DNA of 27,791 bases, taken from positions 1 to 27,791 of IMG/VR virus record IMGVR_UViG_3300032225_001008. One strand, written 5' to 3'. A program made the translations under genes and the position numbers. The first letter of the stretch is position 1. Each line of letters starts with the position of its first letter. Below are positions 25,549 through 27,791 of the stretch, piece after piece. This stretch comes from a virus (taxonomy: Duplodnaviria; Caudoviricetes). The notes beneath the pieces are model-generated. The model saw only the letters and a program-made list of their open reading frames with translations. It was not told the DNA's origin and made no database searches.

Positions 25549-26844
25549 GTGAGCATGATGCAGGCGGGGTGCTGCTGCGCCGTGCTGTCTGGCTGTGACG
25601 TGTGCGACCTTCGCTGGCGGTGCGATTGCAACTGCCAGCGCGAGAAGATCGTGCCTATCCAGCCAGGCTCGCGCATCACCGTCGCGCTCAACGTAACGAC
25701 AAACAGATCGTGGGCGCTGTCTGGTGGCGGCACATGTTCATGCAGCATCAGCCTAGTAGTTCCCACCGTAACGCTTACGCTGGTCTGCGATGCTGACGGC
25801 GGCGCATGGTGGATCTCATCCTCAACCGTGTCCGTCAGTATGCCTATCGCAGACCCTAGCGGAACGGGCTGTAGCGCATCGACTTGCTGCGCTACGACGA
25901 TGATGAACTGCACCGTCGCCATCCGAGCCAACTGCTGGCTGAACACCGTCACTCAGGTGGCTCTCATTCCGAGTTCAGCTCATAACGCAGCAATTGCAAA
26001 CTCGCAGGCGTGCGTCGCGTACTACCAGTCGCTGACGTTGCAGGGTTCCACGCGGAACGCCTACAAGTTCAGCGCAACCCTGTCGGGCTTTGCCGCATCA
26101 TCAGCCTCGTGCCTGTACCTGTGGCAACTGAGTGGCACTGCGACGGTTTCTGGATCGACTACAAGTAATCAGAACACGGACACTACGGGCACCATTACCT
26201 ACGGCCCAATCGTTCCGGCATATGACTGGACGCCGGCGGCGCTGGGTCTGACGGCATCATCGACAGCGGAAGAGCGCTACAACGTCGCGTACAAGTACAC
26301 CGACTGGTGCAGCACTGGCACCTATTGGATTCGATACCAATGGTTCAATGATTCTTTGAGCCACGAGGGTGAATGCTTTTGTCCTGAAACATCACCCGGT
26401 CCTTGTGACGGGCGCGTCGTGAGATATGAGCAGATTCTGTCCCTTGACGGCGGCAACCCTAGCGTGGCGTGCGGGTGCAATCAGCAGGAGTTTGGTCCGG
26501 CTGCTCTTGATAATTGCGGCACGATCACCATCACTGGCTCGGGTGCTTCTGGCACGCGCACCTGGTCATGCCTGCAGGTGAAGGACTATTACATCCCTGG
26601 CTTTGCTGCAACATCGACAGCACACAGCGCAGGCTCTGCGTACATGCAGTACACCGCTGGACAGCCTGCGGTTTTGTACTTCTCAGGAGCCAGTGCAAGC
26701 AAGATTCACAACGTGACGTATCAGTGTTTGCCGTGCTACCCGACTGAGCCGCCGTGCGATTGCGGAAACCTTGAGTGCGAAGAGTCGTCCGAATCGTTCA
26801 CGCTCATCGGTTCTGCCGAGATCACATGGGTGCGCTGCACATGA
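25549..26844 (+). CDS. Cysteine-rich beta protein (32 Cys/431 aa), candidate receptor-binding protein
   Basis: N-terminal GCCC..C..C.....C.C.C, Ser/Thr-rich body, lower GC than the core genes. Confidence 0.7.
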   Translation: MSMMQAGCCCAVLSGCDVCDLRWRCDCNCQREKIVPIQPGSRITVALNVTTNRSWALSGGGTCSCSISLVVPTVTLTLVCDADGGAWWISSSTVSVSMPIADPSGTGCSASTCCATTMMNCTVAIRANCWLNTVTQVALIPSSAHNAAIANSQACVAYYQSLTLQGSTRNAYKFSATLSGFAASSASCLYLWQLSGTATVSGSTTSNQNTDTTGTITYGPIVPAYDWTPAALGLTASSTAEERYNVAYKYTDWCSTGTYWIRYQWFNDSLSHEGECFCPETSPGPCDGRVVRYEQILSLDGGNPSVACGCNQQEFGPAALDNCGTITITGSGASGTRTWSCLQVKDYYIPGFAATSTAHSAGSAYMQYTAGQPAVLYFSGASASKIHNVTYQCLPCYPTEPPCDCGNLECEESSESFTLIGSAEITWVRCT

Positions 26845-27293
26845 CACCAGAGGACGAGGCATTCTCGAAGCGCGTGCAGCAATACATCCGAGCCGAGAAT
26901 CCGAACGCCGAGCAGCCCATCGGCACCAGCATCACCTACGGCTTCATGGATCGCGCGAAGGCGTACTTGGCGGCCGAGGCGCGGCACGCCGCGCAAGGCC
27001 CGGCGAGCGTCCAAGTGCAGGCCGAGCGCGCGGCTATTTGCCGAGCGTGCGACGGCCGCGCCGACGAGATGGAAGGCAAGGCAGACCCCGGCGGCGTGGG
27101 CTTCTGCACCAAGTGCGGATGCACCAGCAAGCGCGCCGCGCTGTCCGTGAAGCTGACGCTGGCCGGCGCCACCTGCCCGCTCGCACGGTGGCAGCCAGTG
27201 ACGGGCGAAGGCGGCAGCGTCGCCACTGCGATCGAAGCGATCGGTGGCGTGGCCGGGACGGTCGCGGACCAGGTGAAGCGGCTGCTGAGTTAG
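26841..27293 (+). CDS. Cys-cluster protein (DUF6171-like)
   Basis: ERAAICRAC...FCTKCGC...K......CPLARW pattern. ATGA overlap. Confidence 0.7.
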   Translation: MTPEDEAFSKRVQQYIRAENPNAEQPIGTSITYGFMDRAKAYLAAEARHAAQGPASVQVQAERAAICRACDGRADEMEGKADPGGVGFCTKCGCTSKRAALSVKLTLAGATCPLARWQPVTGEGGSVATAIEAIGGVAGTVADQVKRLLS

Positions 27294-27553
27294 CCCGGCT
27301 TGATCATCATGATCATCACGACGAGGAAGACGAAGACGCCCACGACAAAGGCGATGGCCTTCATGTTGCGCTTCTGATTCTGTCGCCGTGCTTCCGCATC
27401 TTCGGCCGCCTGCAGCTGCATGTGGCGGTGGAGTTTCTCGCGCTCCTGGCGTTCTTTCTCTTCGCGCTGAACCTGCACGCGCACCTGTTCTTGCGCGCGG
27501 ATCTTGCGCACCTCGTCGGGACTCAGACCACCGTCTTCTTGCACTGTCGCCAT
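27290..27553 (-). CDS. 87-aa coiled-coil protein with C-terminal TM anchor; only minus-strand gene
   Basis: GGAGGAG RBS before ATG 27553. MATVQEDGG...charged helix...AIAFVVGVFVFLVVMIMMI. Confidence 0.75.
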   Translation of the reverse strand: MATVQEDGGLSPDEVRKIRAQEQVRVQVQREEKERQEREKLHRHMQLQAAEDAEARRQNQKRNMKAIAFVVGVFVFLVVMIMMIKPG

Positions 27554-27576
27554 GTGGGGCTCCTCCAGAAGCGCGC

Positions 27577-27605
27577 ACGATAGTGCTCGCGACGCGCGGC
27601 GACAA
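27577..27605 (-). promoter_or_regulatory. sigma70-type promoter for the minus-strand gene
   Basis: TTGTCG-N17-TATCGT on the minus strand just upstream of the RBS. Confidence 0.55.
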
Positions 27606-27701
27606 ACAGAAGAATCTGATGCGTTTTTCCGACTTGCATGATGGTGTGAATAATCTGTCGCGTCACCCGTTCTGGTTACGCAACGCACTAGGTTTTCCGA
27701 A

Positions 27702-27791
27702 ATGCGCGTCCGGGTGACGTTCGAGTTCGATCTGGGTGGTACTGTGGCCTCGGAGCCATGCTTGGAGATACCCCGTGTCATCCCCCCCCCC
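27702..27791 (+). CDS. int: Probable 5' end of integrase (30 codons, ends in poly-C, joins position 1 in frame)
   Basis: ATG 27702 MRVRVTFEFDLGGTVASEPCLEIPRVIPPP is exactly 90 nt to the window end and continues PVFSEKTG... at position 1. Confidence 0.6.
   Translation, partial: MRVRVTFEFDLGGTVASEPCLEIPRVIPPP

Larger units (their letters stand above)
1..27791 (+). mobile_element. Temperate HK97-like siphovirus genome, probably complete and circular (excised/attP form)
   Basis: Full ordered set of integration, recombination, replication, packaging, head, tail and membrane genes. No host genes. The ORF starting at 27702 joins in frame to position 1. Only one att-like core was seen. Confidence 0.9.

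Noticed and set aside
27554-27781. N-terminal 76 aa of the 163-aa minus-strand ORF
   Set aside because: A strong RBS and promoter point to ATG 27553. The extension overlaps the control region and the int 5' end.
1-27791. CRISPR array, diversity-generating retroelement, reverse transcriptase, methyltransferase or stop-codon recoding
   Set aside because: By eye I saw no repeat-spacer array, RT motif, TR/VR pair or MTase motifs. Genes read intact in the standard code.

Overview
This window looks like a complete (or near-complete) circular, GC-rich, 27.8-kb temperate siphovirus genome with HK97-type head genes, opened inside its integrase gene at a poly-C tract. All genes but one are on the + strand. 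In order they encode: tyrosine integrase, a sigma70-region-4-like mini-protein, RecE-like exonuclease/Bet/SSB-like recombination module, RepB-type primase-helicase, resolvase, metallophosphoesterase, HNH, terminase, portal, protease, TWO paralogous capsid proteins, an SGNH-like protein, neck/tail genes with a -1 frameshift chaperone, a lysis-like membrane cluster with no recognisable endolysin, and a Cys-rich protein pair. The most striking feature is the lysogeny architecture. I see no CI-like repressor. A tRNA-3'-end attP core lies inside the open 3' extension of the integrase ORF, and integration into a canonical tRNA is predicted to create an in-frame TGA right after the core while separating int and its upstream region from all lytic genes. 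The integrase 5' end also carries an in-frame C13 homopolymer across the window junction. All family calls are from motif recognition by eye, not database searches.
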